Source: an uncultured Clostridia bacterium
Lineage (GTDB): Bacteria; Bacillota; Clostridia; Christensenellales; UBA1242
Assembly: GCA_944349805.1 (NCBI GenBank)
Contig: CALVNP010000055.1
Location: 1,565 to 65,564, forward strand
DNA: 64,000 nt
Direction: 5' to 3'
This document shows, piece by piece, positions 33,281 to 43,564 of this stretch (within the stretch, counting starts at the first letter, position 1; each line of letters opens with the position of its first letter). Below the pieces are notes generated by a model, which searched no databases, was not told where the DNA came from, and saw nothing but the letters and a program-made list of their open reading frames with translations. A program made the translations under genes and the position numbers.

Positions 33281-33616
33281 ATGGCAAGTAATAGTAGTAA
33301 AAGCAGTAATAGTAGTAGCAAAAGCACAAGTACGCAAAAAAGAGGCTTTTCAATTAAATGGTTTTTAAATTTGCTTTCTTTTGTTGCTCTCGTGGTAGTT
33401 GGAATTTGCCTTTTGTTGCAAGTTATTTTTAATGCAATCGATGCACAAAGACTTTCAAGTGCAATCAATGCAACGAGAACAATTGGTGAATGTATAGCTT
33501 ACTGTGTAATTGCAGCTTATGCATTTTTCTTTGTGAAAAATAAGAAAAAACCTATATGGTTTGTTCTTTACGCAGTTGCACTTACAGCAATATTGATTTT
33601 AATTATATTTAGATAA
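33281..33616 (+). CDS. Membrane protein with a Ser/Asn-rich N-terminus
   Basis: 111 aa with three TM segments. RBS AAGGAG. The N-terminal codons form an 18/21-bp tandem repeat. Confidence 0.55.
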   Translation: MASNSSKSSNSSSKSTSTQKRGFSIKWFLNLLSFVALVVVGICLLLQVIFNAIDAQRLSSAINATRTIGECIAYCVIAAYAFFFVKNKKKPIWFVLYAVALTAILILIIFR

Positions 33617-33618
33617 TA

Positions 33619-33999
33619 ATGGCTAAAAAAATCGTGTTTATTGTTATGTTTACATTCTTGGCACTGGGCTTTGCGTGTTTGATTTTAAAGCTCGCAAGTC
33701 CAGTGTTTAACTATGTGTCTATTTTTTCGTTGGCTTTGTGTTCAGCTTGTTTTGGTTGTTTTGAAATTTGTAAGTATTTTGAATTAAAAAAACAAATTAT
33801 GAACGATTATCCATTGTTTCTAGCTGAATTATATTCTAAAGGTATTGCTACAAAGTCGCAAGTAGAAAATGTGGACAAGGTCTTTTTTAAGCAACATAAA
33901 AGAAAGTATTTGACATTAATTCTGGTAAATATAGGACTAATTATGGTAGGATTTTCTTTGATGATAACTCTTCTTTATGTCTTTTTTGCCAAAGTTTAA
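33619..33999 (+). CDS. Membrane protein, unknown function
   Basis: 126 aa with three hydrophobic helices, closely following the previous gene. Confidence 0.5.
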   Translation: MAKKIVFIVMFTFLALGFACLILKLASPVFNYVSIFSLALCSACFGCFEICKYFELKKQIMNDYPLFLAELYSKGIATKSQVENVDKVFFKQHKRKYLTLILVNIGLIMVGFSLMITLLYVFFAKV

Positions 34000-34061
34000 C
34001 AAAATATTATTTGAAAAGTGCGAGTTAGTGTGTTATACTCTCGCAAGAAAAGGAGAAAATT

Positions 34062-35342
34062 ATGTATACAGCAGAAAAAATCGAAGATGATAAGTTTAAA
34101 ATTAAAATTTCTTTAACAGCAGATGAATGGAATTCTTATGTTAATGAAGCATATGAACAAAATAAAGGTAAGTTTAGTGTTCAGGGATTTAGAAAGGGTA
34201 AAGTTCCTAAAAAAGTTATAGAACAAAACTATGGTGCTGATATCTTTTTTGATGATGCACTTCAACTTGCTTTTTCAAAAGAATATGGTGATATGCTTAG
34301 CAAAGAATTACAAATTCAACCTGTTGACCATCCAGATGTAAAACTTGAAAAATTTGATTCTGATGGCTTAGTTTTAGATGTTACAGTTCAATCTATTCCT
34401 GAAGTAAAATTAGGAAATTACAAAGGTCTTGAAATATCTAAGGCAAAGGGTGAAGTTAAGGAAGAACAAGTTCAAGATGAAATTAATCAAGCTCGTGAAA
34501 GAAACGCAAGGTTTGTTGAAGTCCAAAGAGAAGCAAAACTTGGGGATTTTGTTACAATAGATTTTTCAGGAAGTGTTGATGGGGTCAAATTTCCAGGTGG
34601 AGAGGCAAAAGATTATCGTTTAGAATTGGGCTCTAAAAGTTTTATTGAAGGTTTTGAAGACCAAATTGTTGGTATGAAAATCGGTGAAACAAAAGTTATT
34701 AATGTAAAATTTCCAGACGATTATCACGCTGAAAATCTTAAAGGAAAACCTGCTGATTTTGAAATAAAATTGAACAAAATTGAAGAAAAACAACTTCCTG
34801 AACTTAATGATGAGTTTGCTTCTAATGTCAGCGAATTTGAAACATTAAAAGAATACGAAGACGATATTAAAAAACATTTGGAAGAAAGTTTACAAGAAAG
34901 GCTTGAAAGAGAAACTGAAAACAATATAATTAAAGAAATTGTAAAAAATGCAACTGTTAAAATTCCAGATTGTATGGTTGAAAGTCAACTTGATGCATAT
35001 ATGAAAGATATGGAAACAAGACTTTCATATCAAGGCTTAAAACTTGAAGATTACTGTTCTTATATGAATACATCTGTTGACAATATCAGAAAAGAAAATC
35101 GCGAACACGCAGTTGAAACTGTTAAAACAAGGCTTGTTATTGAAAAAATTATTGATGTTGAAAACTTAAAAGTTACAGATAAAGAACTTGATGAAAAATT
35201 AAGCGAAGTTGCAGAAAAGTATAAAAAATCATTGGAAGACTATAAAAAGTCTTTGAGTGAAAAACAATTGATATATTTTGAAAATGATATTTTGATGGAC
35301 AAATTGGTTAAATTCTTAAAAGAAAATAATAAATTAATTTAG
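34062..35342 (+). CDS. tig: Trigger factor
   Basis: GFRKGKVPKKVIEQ ribosome-binding signature, a central FKBP-type PPIase domain, and tig-clpP-clpX synteny. Confidence 0.95.
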   Translation: MYTAEKIEDDKFKIKISLTADEWNSYVNEAYEQNKGKFSVQGFRKGKVPKKVIEQNYGADIFFDDALQLAFSKEYGDMLSKELQIQPVDHPDVKLEKFDSDGLVLDVTVQSIPEVKLGNYKGLEISKAKGEVKEEQVQDEINQARERNARFVEVQREAKLGDFVTIDFSGSVDGVKFPGGEAKDYRLELGSKSFIEGFEDQIVGMKIGETKVINVKFPDDYHAENLKGKPADFEIKLNKIEEKQLPELNDEFASNVSEFETLKEYEDDIKKHLEESLQERLERETENNIIKEIVKNATVKIPDCMVESQLDAYMKDMETRLSYQGLKLEDYCSYMNTSVDNIRKENREHAVETVKTRLVIEKIIDVENLKVTDKELDEKLSEVAEKYKKSLEDYKKSLSEKQLIYFENDILMDKLVKFLKENNKLI

Positions 35343-35351
35343 AGGTGATTT

Positions 35352-35945
35352 ATGTTAGTTCCTATGGTAGTTGACCAAACAGCAAACGGAGAAAGGTCCT
35401 ATGATATTTATTCTCGTTTGCTTGAAGATAGAATTATATTTTTAACAGGTGAAATTAATGATGCAATGGCAAACATTATCGTTGCTCAAATGATATATCT
35501 TGAAGGTAAAAATCCTGATAAGGATATATATTTATATATAAATAGTCCTGGTGGAAGTGTTAGTGCTGGTATGGCCATTTACGATACTATGAATTATTTA
35601 AAATGTGATGTTTCTACAATTTGTATTGGACTTGCTGCGTCAATGGGTGCTTTTCTTTTAAGTAGTGGGGCAAAAGGCAAAAGATTTGTTTTACCAAACA
35701 GCGAAGTTATGATTCATCAACCTCTTGGTGGTGCACAAGGTCAAGCAAGTGATATTGCTATTCAAGCTAAACACATACAACATATAAAGGAAAAAATAAA
35801 CATAATTCTTAGTGAAAACACAGGACAACCTTTAGAAAAAATCGAGAGAGATACGGACAGAGATAATTATATGACAGCTGAAGAAGCTAAGGAATATGGC
35901 TTAGTTGATAAAATTTTTGTTAAACGCTCAAACGAAAATAAATAA
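35352..35945 (+). CDS. clpP: ATP-dependent Clp protease proteolytic subunit
   Basis: Catalytic context GLAASMGAF (Ser) and MIHQP (His), with the typical [12 protein letters not shown]-terminus. Confidence 0.97.
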   Translation: MLVPMVVDQTANGERSYDIYSRLLEDRIIFLTGEINDAMANIIVAQMIYLEGKNPDKDIYLYINSPGGSVSAGMAIYDTMNYLKCDVSTICIGLAASMGAFLLSSGAKGKRFVLPNSEVMIHQPLGGAQGQASDIAIQAKHIQHIKEKINIILSENTGQPLEKIERDTDRDNYMTAEEAKEYGLVDKIFVKRSNENK

Positions 35946-35960
35946 TAAAAGAGGTGAACT

Positions 35961-37244
35961 TTGAAAGGTAATGATAACTTATTTTGTTCTTTTTGTGGAA
36001 AATCTCAAAAACAAGCAAAAAGACTAATTGCAAGTCCAGATGGCGAGAGTTATATTTGTGATGAATGTGTTGAAGTTTGCAAGGATATTATTAAACAAGA
36101 TAAAGTAACAACTGTAGAAACAAGTATTGACCTTCCAACTCCACAAGAAATTAAAGAGCAACTCGACGAATACATTATTGGTCAAGATGATGCAAAAAGG
36201 GTGTTGTCTGTTGCCGTTTATAATCACTACAAAAGAATCAACTATAATATTGTTGCGAAAAGAAGTAAAGACTCGTCAACTGATACAAGCATAGAGTTGG
36301 AAAAAAGCAATATTTTAATGGTGGGACCAACAGGTTGTGGTAAAACACTTTTGGCTAAAACCCTAGCAAAAATTTTAAAAGTTCCTTTTGCTTCTGCTGA
36401 TGCAACAACTCTAACAGAAGCTGGATATGTTGGTGATGATGTTGAAAATATACTTTTAAAATTGATACAAAATGCTGATTACGATATAGCAAAAGCTCAG
36501 CGTGGAATTATTTATGTTGACGAAATTGATAAAATTGCAAGAAAAACTCAAAATGTTTCAATAACCCGTGATGTTTCTGGTGAAGGAGTACAGCAGGCAC
36601 TTTTAAAAATCATTGAAAGCACAACAGCAAGCGTTCCTCCACAGGGTGGAAGAAAACATCCACATCAGGAGATGATACAAATAGACACAACAAATATTCT
36701 TTTTATATGTGGTGGAGCTTTTGTAGGACTTGATAAAATTATTGAATCAAGACTAAACAACACTAGCTTAGGTTTTAACGCAACAATAAATACAACTATT
36801 GAAAAAAGTCAAATAAATTTTGTAAAGCATTTACAGCCACAAGATTTAATTAAGTTTGGCTTGATACCAGAATTTGTGGGAAGATTACCTGTGGTTGTTG
36901 GTTTGCACGATTTAACTGAAAATGCTTTAATTAGAATTTTAACTGAACCTAAAAATGCTATTTTAAAACAATATAAAAAGATGTTTGATATAGACAAAGT
37001 AGAGCTTGAATTTGAGCCAGAGGCAATTAGGTCGGTTGCTCATAAGGCAATGGAACTTAAAACGGGTGCAAGGGGATTAAGAACCATATTAGAAGATGGC
37101 ATGCTTGAACTTATGTATGAAATTCCAAGCCGTAAAGATGTTGCAAAAGTTATAATTCCTAAGGATTATTTTACAGAGTCAGACATTCAACCTATAATTG
37201 TAAATAGGGAAGAAAACAAAAAGAATAATGAAGATGCAGTTTAA
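35961..37244 (+). CDS. clpX: ATP-dependent Clp protease ATP-binding subunit ClpX
   Basis: N-terminal C4 zinc finger (CSFCGK...CDEC), Walker A GPTGCGKT and Walker [10 protein letters not shown]. The start is TTG behind GAGGTG. Confidence 0.97.
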   Translation: MKGNDNLFCSFCGKSQKQAKRLIASPDGESYICDECVEVCKDIIKQDKVTTVETSIDLPTPQEIKEQLDEYIIGQDDAKRVLSVAVYNHYKRINYNIVAKRSKDSSTDTSIELEKSNILMVGPTGCGKTLLAKTLAKILKVPFASADATTLTEAGYVGDDVENILLKLIQNADYDIAKAQRGIIYVDEIDKIARKTQNVSITRDVSGEGVQQALLKIIESTTASVPPQGGRKHPHQEMIQIDTTNILFICGGAFVGLDKIIESRLNNTSLGFNATINTTIEKSQINFVKHLQPQDLIKFGLIPEFVGRLPVVVGLHDLTENALIRILTEPKNAILKQYKKMFDIDKVELEFEPEAIRSVAHKAMELKTGARGLRTILEDGMLELMYEIPSRKDVAKVIIPKDYFTESDIQPIIVNREENKKNNEDAV

Positions 37245-37268
37245 AACAGGATTTTATCCTGTTTTTTT
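37245..37268 (+). terminator. Rho-independent terminator after clpX
   Basis: Stem AACAGGAT/ATCCTGTT followed by T7. Confidence 0.85.
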
Positions 37269-37437
37269 AACACCATTATGTATGGTGTTATTTTTTTGTC
37301 ATAAATCGTTTTATATACAAATATATTACAATGTAGGAATTGAATATTCGACAATACAATATCTTTTCTGACAAATTAAATCTATATTAGCATTTGTATT
37401 TTTTTCATAAGCTTTTATAGTTAAAAGTGAGGATTTA

Positions 37438-38205
37438 ATGCACTTTTTATGTGTAAAACTAAAATCTATCAAATTTGTATTATTAATGGGTCTTGTTGCT
37501 ATATTGCTTGCTGTTAGCATCAATGGAGTTGCTTCTGCACAAGTATTTTTTGGTTATTCAACAAAAAGAGTTCCAATTTATTCAGTTGAAACAGTCAACA
37601 AACAAGTTGCTATAAGTTTTGATGCTGCTTGGGGTGCAGATAAAACTGCTAAAATTGTTGAAACATTACAAGAATACAATGTTGGTGCAACATTCTTTTT
37701 AGTCGGATTTTGGGTAGATAAAAACTCAGATATGGTAAAACTTATTGATGAAGCAGGCTTTGAAATTGGGAACCATTCAAGTACACATCCAGATTTAACA
37801 ACCGTAAGCAGTGAAAAATTGGAAGCAGAATTAGATGGCTGTAACACTTTAATAAAAAATATTACAGGGAAAGATGTAAAACTTTTTAGGGCTCCTTATG
37901 GTGCATACAACAACACAGTGTTAGATACAGTTACAAAATTAGGAATGCAAACAATTCAATGGGATGTGGATTCTTTAGATTGGAAAGGGCTTTCAGCTGA
38001 CCAAATTACAATGCGAATTCTAAACAATGTTAAAAATGGTTCAATCATTTTATGTCATAACAATTCCGACCATATTTTAGATGCATTGCCAATGGTTTTA
38101 GACAGATTACAAAAACAGGGATATAAGGTGACATCAATTGGAGATTTAATCTATAAAGATAACTACAATATTGATAGAAATGGAATCCAAAAACAAAAAG
38201 TATAA
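37438..38205 (+). CDS. Polysaccharide deacetylase (NodB domain; PdaB-like sporulation type)
   Basis: Signal/TM segment. NodB motifs are FDAAWG, HSSTHPD and RAPYG. Confidence 0.85.
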   Translation: MHFLCVKLKSIKFVLLMGLVAILLAVSINGVASAQVFFGYSTKRVPIYSVETVNKQVAISFDAAWGADKTAKIVETLQEYNVGATFFLVGFWVDKNSDMVKLIDEAGFEIGNHSSTHPDLTTVSSEKLEAELDGCNTLIKNITGKDVKLFRAPYGAYNNTVLDTVTKLGMQTIQWDVDSLDWKGLSADQITMRILNNVKNGSIILCHNNSDHILDALPMVLDRLQKQGYKVTSIGDLIYKDNYNIDRNGIQKQKV

Positions 38206-38219
38206 AAGGAGAAAAATAT

Positions 38220-38855
38220 ATGAATTATGAACTAATGAATAACAACAAAGTTCAATTAAGTGGTATTGTAAAGGAAAAGCCTGTTTTTAGTCACGAAACA
38301 TTTGGAGAAGCTTTCTATGAGGTCAAAATATCTGTACCTAGATTGTCCGAACATATAGACATATTGCCTGTGACTGTGTCGGAAAAGATGTTGAATTATT
38401 TTGAAATTGGTAAAAAGGTATCATTGAAAGGACAGTTAAGAAGTTATAACAAATTAGAAGATGAAAAAAGTAAGCTTATATTAAGTGTTTTTGTTAGGGA
38501 AATAATTGATGAATGCGAACAAGATAATCCGAATGTCATAGAGATAAGTGGATTTGTTTGTAAACCACCAATTTTTAGAACAACACCATTTAAAAGAGAA
38601 ATTTGTGATGTTTTAATAGCTGTAAATAGGGCTTATAATAAATCTGATTATCTACCTTGTATAGCGTGGGGAAGAAATGCAAGGTTTATTAAAGATGCTC
38701 AAATTGGTTCTAAAATAGAAATTGTTGGAAGAATACAAAGTAGGGAATATCAAAAAAAACTAGATGATGGAACAATTGAAACAAGAACTGCCTACGAAAT
38801 TTCAGTTAATCACGTAAATGTATTTTCTGAAAATAACATAGAAATTATAGGGTAG
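38220..38855 (+). CDS. Tandem OB-fold, SSB-like protein
   Basis: It has two ~95-aa halves, each with an SSB-like pattern. The first is N.V.LSG.V...P......G.......I........D.L.V.....M. The second is I.ISGFV.KPP.....................AWGRNA.F......GSKIEI.GRIQSREY. Confidence 0.6.
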   Translation: MNYELMNNNKVQLSGIVKEKPVFSHETFGEAFYEVKISVPRLSEHIDILPVTVSEKMLNYFEIGKKVSLKGQLRSYNKLEDEKSKLILSVFVREIIDECEQDNPNVIEISGFVCKPPIFRTTPFKREICDVLIAVNRAYNKSDYLPCIAWGRNARFIKDAQIGSKIEIVGRIQSREYQKKLDDGTIETRTAYEISVNHVNVFSENNIEIIG

Positions 38856-38905
38856 ATGTTTATTTGGGTATTGTATAATTTTAGATATTATGTTATCATT
38901 TAGTT

Positions 38906-39898
38906 ATGAAATACAAAAAGGAAATTTGTGATGTGTACGGTGAGCGTATGCATCCTAAAAACAAAAAAAGATTTAGAAACTATGTTTGTTCTGTTGCAAA
39001 AAGTCTAGATTATAAATGTAATATTGAAAGTGGTTTGTTGGCAAAAAATATTATAATAGGTAATCCTAAAAAAGCTGAATTTGTTGTCACAGCACATTAT
39101 GATACACCACCAAGGCTTCCCAAATTTTTTGTAAAGCATATGTTGTTTCATAGTTTAATATCTTTACCATTATTGTTTTTAGGGTTTAATTTTTTACTCA
39201 CACAAGTTTTCCTTTTTTTTAATTTATCAATTAATTTTGTTAATATAGTATTTCCAACAATTAATTATTTAATTTGTGGAGGACTTGTTGGATATAGTTT
39301 AGGGTTTTTAGGAAATGCTAATAAAAAAAATTATAATGATAATTCAAGCGGAATTTTAGGTATTTTAAATTTAATGGAAAAATATAAATCTGATGAATTT
39401 AAAAGCAAAATTTGTTTTGTTTTAACTGACAATGAAGAAAAGGGACTTTTAGGTGCATTATATTACTCTAGAAAACATAAGAAATCTTTAAGGTGTCAAA
39501 CAGTTATAAATCTTGATTGCATAGGTAATGGCGACCAATTTAATTTATATTATTGTGGGGAAAAGGAAACTGAAATTATTAAAAGCATAAAAGAATCAAA
39601 ACAAGAAAAATATAAGTTTAAATCTATTAAAAGTAGTCTACTTAGTATGAGTGATCATATTGCTTTTAGAAAAAGTAATCATGTATGTTTGCTTTCAGTT
39701 GAGCAGAAAAACAATAAATCATTATATAATCAAATACATTCAATTAATGATACTATCATAAATGAGAATAACATTGATTTTGTAGTTTCAACATTAAATG
39801 ATGTTATGAAAAAAGAAAATAAATTTTATAAGAAAAAGAAGCTTGATTTAATCAATAAAACCGATAAAAAAGCAGAAGAGTTGTGTATAAACAATTAA
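38906..39898 (+). CDS. M28-family metallopeptidase with inserted TM segments
   Basis: VVTAHYDTPP, DNSSGILGIL, TDNEEKGLLGA, NLDCIG and SDH are M28 zinc-ligand contexts. A hydrophobic insertion spans residues 80-130. Confidence 0.7.
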   Translation: MKYKKEICDVYGERMHPKNKKRFRNYVCSVAKSLDYKCNIESGLLAKNIIIGNPKKAEFVVTAHYDTPPRLPKFFVKHMLFHSLISLPLLFLGFNFLLTQVFLFFNLSINFVNIVFPTINYLICGGLVGYSLGFLGNANKKNYNDNSSGILGILNLMEKYKSDEFKSKICFVLTDNEEKGLLGALYYSRKHKKSLRCQTVINLDCIGNGDQFNLYYCGEKETEIIKSIKESKQEKYKFKSIKSSLLSMSDHIAFRKSNHVCLLSVEQKNNKSLYNQIHSINDTIINENNIDFVVSTLNDVMKKENKFYKKKKLDLINKTDKKAEELCINN

Positions 39899-39929
39899 AA
39901 AAGCACTTTACTTTGTAAAGTGCTTTTAT
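39897..39929. terminator. Bidirectional terminator between convergent genes
   Basis: Stem AAGCACTTTAC/GTAAAGTGCTT with A- and T-runs on either side. Confidence 0.8.
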
Positions 39930-42900
39930 TTATTTACCTTGTTTAATCTTTTTAATTTCTTTTATTAAGAACTCAGGAGAGTTGGCATTTTCTATTTCTA
40001 TCTTTATGCTGTCCAATCTATTTAAAAGTTTTGTATGTTTATTGGCATATAGCTTAAATGCTTTTTCATCTTCCTTAGTTATATTCTTTCCGTGTTCTTT
40101 TCTTTGATTTGCAATTCTTTCTTTATTTTCATTTTCAAGTGTTTGTATTTCTTCTTCAATTTCTTTTAAGCTTTGTTTTAATTCTTTAATGTAAGCATCT
40201 CTTCTGTCTTCTGCTTCTTTTTTAATTGCATCTCTATAAAGTGTTTGTTCACGGTCATAATTGCCTTTTTTCTTAGAATCAGGTTTTTTAATTTTTACTT
40301 TCTTCATTGCATATGCAACAAGAGCTAAAATCAATGCAATAGCAAATAGAATTGAAGGAATTAAATACCAAATCATAGCATTGTTATTAGATGGTGTTTC
40401 TGTGTTGTCATTATCAGTGGTATCATCATCTTGTTCCGTTTCTACGAATAATGCAGTACCTATTGGATTTTGCTTTTCTGTATTATAAATTTCTTCACTA
40501 ACTGTTTCATACGCAAAACTATCAAATACTGCAGAACCTGTGTTGCTGATTGAGTCAGATGAAATAGCAAATCTTACATTTACATCGAGGTCTTTTAAAG
40601 CTTTAACATAAATTGTGTATTGTGTATATACATTATTTGTAATTTCATCAATTATTGCACCATCAAGACCTTCTAACGAGAATTCAGCACCGTATTTATT
40701 GTCATCGCTATTGTTTTCGGGGAGATTTGTTTTTACATAAACTGTAAATTTATAATAGGAACCTTGTGTTAATGAAATTGAATCATTAGCTTTCATTGAA
40801 TAAGTTGCAATTCCATTTGTCTTTAAGTACATCACATTTTTAATAATGCTTGTATTATTTTCATTAGGTACAACACTCAACAAGTTATTTTCTGAATCTA
40901 CAATTCCACCAAATGCAATAGGGTCACCAGATGATTGGTTAGAACCATTTTCAAGTGTGCCTGTGTAGGTGAGTGGAGCATAAACTCCATATTCTTCTGT
41001 ACTTGCTTTTAAATTAAAACCAGCATTTGTAAAGTCTACAATATTTGCATTATATACAAGAGATTCATATTCTTCGTTTGTATATTCAACTGAGTTTAAT
41101 TCAAAATTATCAAAATAAGCTATTCCAGAAACTGTATTGTTTTCTGTCCCAAGTTCTAATTTTACCTTCAAATTTTTTGAAGCTTGACTGGTTCTAAAAA
41201 TTATTTCAAAAGTTGACCAATTTTTATCTGCAACATTATTTGAATTAATACCCAATTTTTCATATAGTATTGTATCATCATCAGCTAGAACATAGACATT
41301 TAAAATATTTTCATCATCAATATTATCTGAAATTGTTTTAAAGTTAAATGTTAGTTTATAATAACTATCAGCAGAAACTGTAAAACTAGGGCTAATTAAG
41401 GATTGATAACTTTCTCCCTTATTCCACATCATCAAAATGTTGTTTGTATCAGTTGTTGGAATATTTATGCCTTGATATTTAGGATTTTCAGGATTTGCTC
41501 TTCCACCTAAGTATTCATCTTTAATTTGGTCATACAATTCATAATAAGTATTTATTATTCCCCAAACTGAAGAATTTTCTTCTGATATGTCAGCTGTCCA
41601 ATCTGATGCGTGTATAGGGTATTCTAAATTTTGAGATTGATTATTTAAGTTATTAAATGTACCATTTGTAAATGTCAATTCAGACTCGAAAGATGTTAAC
41701 TCTATTTTATTGTTGCTTGTTGAAGACGATACATTGTTATAATCTTCAGCGCTTATACTTTCTATTCTTATAGTATCAAAAACAACTGTACCTTTTGTTA
41801 AGTCATCGCTTTGACCCAACCATAATTCTAAATTGAATGATGTAGGGTAGAGAGAGTTTCCATAAATATAGAAGGAATAGGTTGTATAATTGTTTTTAAA
41901 CTCGTCAGTTTCATTTGTTGTTATAACAATTTCTTCTTCGATTGGAGTGTAATCCGTATAAGGATTTTCACTATCATAAAATTCATTTACATCATTATTT
42001 TCTTTTAAAATGATGTACGCACTGCCTGTCAAATTATCCACTTTTGCATTTACAGATATCTTATAAATTGCGTGCATTGGCATTTCAATTTTTGGTGATT
42101 TATAACCAAAGAATCCTGCATTTTCAGTTGATAGCACCAAAGCATAATTATTATTTGCTGTGTTGTCTGTTCCCAATTCAAAGTTTTGATTTGTATTGAA
42201 AACATCTGCGATTGCATTTTCAGGAAATTCATTGTTTGTTATTTCCCAATTTGTCAATGTCCCTTTTTCGAAATCAAGATTTGCATCTTTATATGTCAAT
42301 GTTGAATTTATATTTTCAACATAGTTGATTTCAATGTTTGCTTCACTATAAACATAAGAATTAGATTCTGTACTTAAACTTGCATTTTTTAAATTTGTTT
42401 GATAATTTGCCTGTGTATGTCTTTCTACTGTAACATTATCGAAGAAAACGACACCAGAAGAAGTTGTGTTCTCCTTTTTACCTAACCAAAGCTCAATATT
42501 TACTGTTTCTTCATTTGTCCCCGTTGATAGAAAGAATTCATATTCCGTCCATTCCGTAGCTTCATAACTTTCAAAGCTTACATTTTGTATGCTTTCATCT
42601 AAGCCTGTTAAATATATTGATGCCTTTGCATTATTCATAGTTTTAGTATGAATGCTGAATGTATAAAAAGAATATGGTTTCAACTCAATACTCTGACTTT
42701 TATATCCTTGTACAGAAGGGAGCTCTGATCCAGTTGATGATGTTCTAGCATTTATCATTAACACCTTGTCATCATAATCAACATTCATCTTTTCAGGGTT
42801 TTCGTCAGCATACAAAAAGTATGATGAGTAGTTCGATTTAAACTTACTATCATTTACATTAATAATTCCACTTTTAACAGTGCTTGTTGTTTTAATTAAG

Positions 42901-43088
42901 CTCCAACCTGTTGGATTGGAATCTAATGTAGATGTATTAGGAGATGAATTAAAATCTCCATTTGTTAATTCAATATTTTCAAAAGTTGTTTTGCTTAGTG
43001 CTTGTGCAACATTATAATTTGGAAAAATAAATGCGATAGCTAGCACCAATAAGCAAAATGTTATAATAAAGTTTTTAGTTTTGTTCAT
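39930..43088 (-). CDS. Large type-I membrane surface protein with repeated CBM-like beta-sandwich modules and a cytoplasmic coiled-coil tail
   Basis: 1052 aa with a signal peptide. Motifs recur at module starts about every 170-230 aa: ELTNGDFNS...PTGWSL, DANLDFEKGTLTNWEI, LTFTNGTFNN...ASDWTA and VDFTNAGFNL. A single TM (IWYLIPSILFAIALILALVAYAM) is followed by a ~150-aa K/E-rich helical tail. Confidence 0.6.
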   Translation of the reverse strand: MNKTKNFIITFCLLVLAIAFIFPNYNVAQALSKTTFENIELTNGDFNSSPNTSTLDSNPTGWSLIKTTSTVKSGIINVNDSKFKSNYSSYFLYADENPEKMNVDYDDKVLMINARTSSTGSELPSVQGYKSQSIELKPYSFYTFSIHTKTMNNAKASIYLTGLDESIQNVSFESYEATEWTEYEFFLSTGTNEETVNIELWLGKKENTTSSGVVFFDNVTVERHTQANYQTNLKNASLSTESNSYVYSEANIEINYVENINSTLTYKDANLDFEKGTLTNWEITNNEFPENAIADVFNTNQNFELGTDNTANNNYALVLSTENAGFFGYKSPKIEMPMHAIYKISVNAKVDNLTGSAYIILKENNDVNEFYDSENPYTDYTPIEEEIVITTNETDEFKNNYTTYSFYIYGNSLYPTSFNLELWLGQSDDLTKGTVVFDTIRIESISAEDYNNVSSSTSNNKIELTSFESELTFTNGTFNNLNNQSQNLEYPIHASDWTADISEENSSVWGIINTYYELYDQIKDEYLGGRANPENPKYQGINIPTTDTNNILMMWNKGESYQSLISPSFTVSADSYYKLTFNFKTISDNIDDENILNVYVLADDDTILYEKLGINSNNVADKNWSTFEIIFRTSQASKNLKVKLELGTENNTVSGIAYFDNFELNSVEYTNEEYESLVYNANIVDFTNAGFNLKASTEEYGVYAPLTYTGTLENGSNQSSGDPIAFGGIVDSENNLLSVVPNENNTSIIKNVMYLKTNGIATYSMKANDSISLTQGSYYKFTVYVKTNLPENNSDDNKYGAEFSLEGLDGAIIDEITNNVYTQYTIYVKALKDLDVNVRFAISSDSISNTGSAVFDSFAYETVSEEIYNTEKQNPIGTALFVETEQDDDTTDNDNTETPSNNNAMIWYLIPSILFAIALILALVAYAMKKVKIKKPDSKKKGNYDREQTLYRDAIKKEAEDRRDAYIKELKQSLKEIEEEIQTLENENKERIANQRKEHGKNITKEDEKAFKLYANKHTKLLNRLDSIKIEIENANSPEFLIKEIKKIKQGK

Positions 43089-43180
43089 TTTTCACCTGCA
43101 ATTAAAATTTAACTTGGATAGTATATAACAAATAACGCTTAAAATCAAATATTTTTTCAAAAATAAACAATAATATTTTT

Positions 43181-43552
43181 GTGAAAATTAAAAGTAAGGT
43201 TGTTTATTGGATTATATTAGTCCTTTCTAGTGTGTTTATAGGATTAATAAATGGATTTTTTGGTGGTGGGGGAGGAATGGTGACCGTTCCATTGCTTGAA
43301 GAGATTTTGAATATAGATAACAAAAAATCACACGCAACAGCAATGTTGATAATTTTTCCGTTGAGTTTAATAAGTGCGATAACATATGCTTTAAACACTA
43401 AAATTAATTATATTGACGTTTTATATACAAGCATTGGTGTTTTAGTAGGAGGCATATTGGGAGCTTTATTATTAAAGAGATTAAATAACAAGGTTGTAAG
43501 AATAATTTTTATATTCGTTATGCTGTCAGCTGGTATTAAAATTCTAATATAA
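43181..43552 (+). CDS. TauE/SafE (TSUP) family transporter, half-size subunit 1
   Basis: 123 aa with 4 TM and the GFFGGGGGMVTVPLL motif. Confidence 0.7.
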   Translation: MKIKSKVVYWIILVLSSVFIGLINGFFGGGGGMVTVPLLEEILNIDNKKSHATAMLIIFPLSLISAITYALNTKINYIDVLYTSIGVLVGGILGALLLKRLNNKVVRIIFIFVMLSAGIKILI

Positions 43553-43564
43553 TGGGGAATAGAG

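Noticed and set aside
33172-33468. 98-aa minus-strand ORF with a poly-Leu run
   Set aside because: It is the reverse translation of the Ser/Asn repeat at the start of the 33281 gene, and it overlaps the rluD 3' end.
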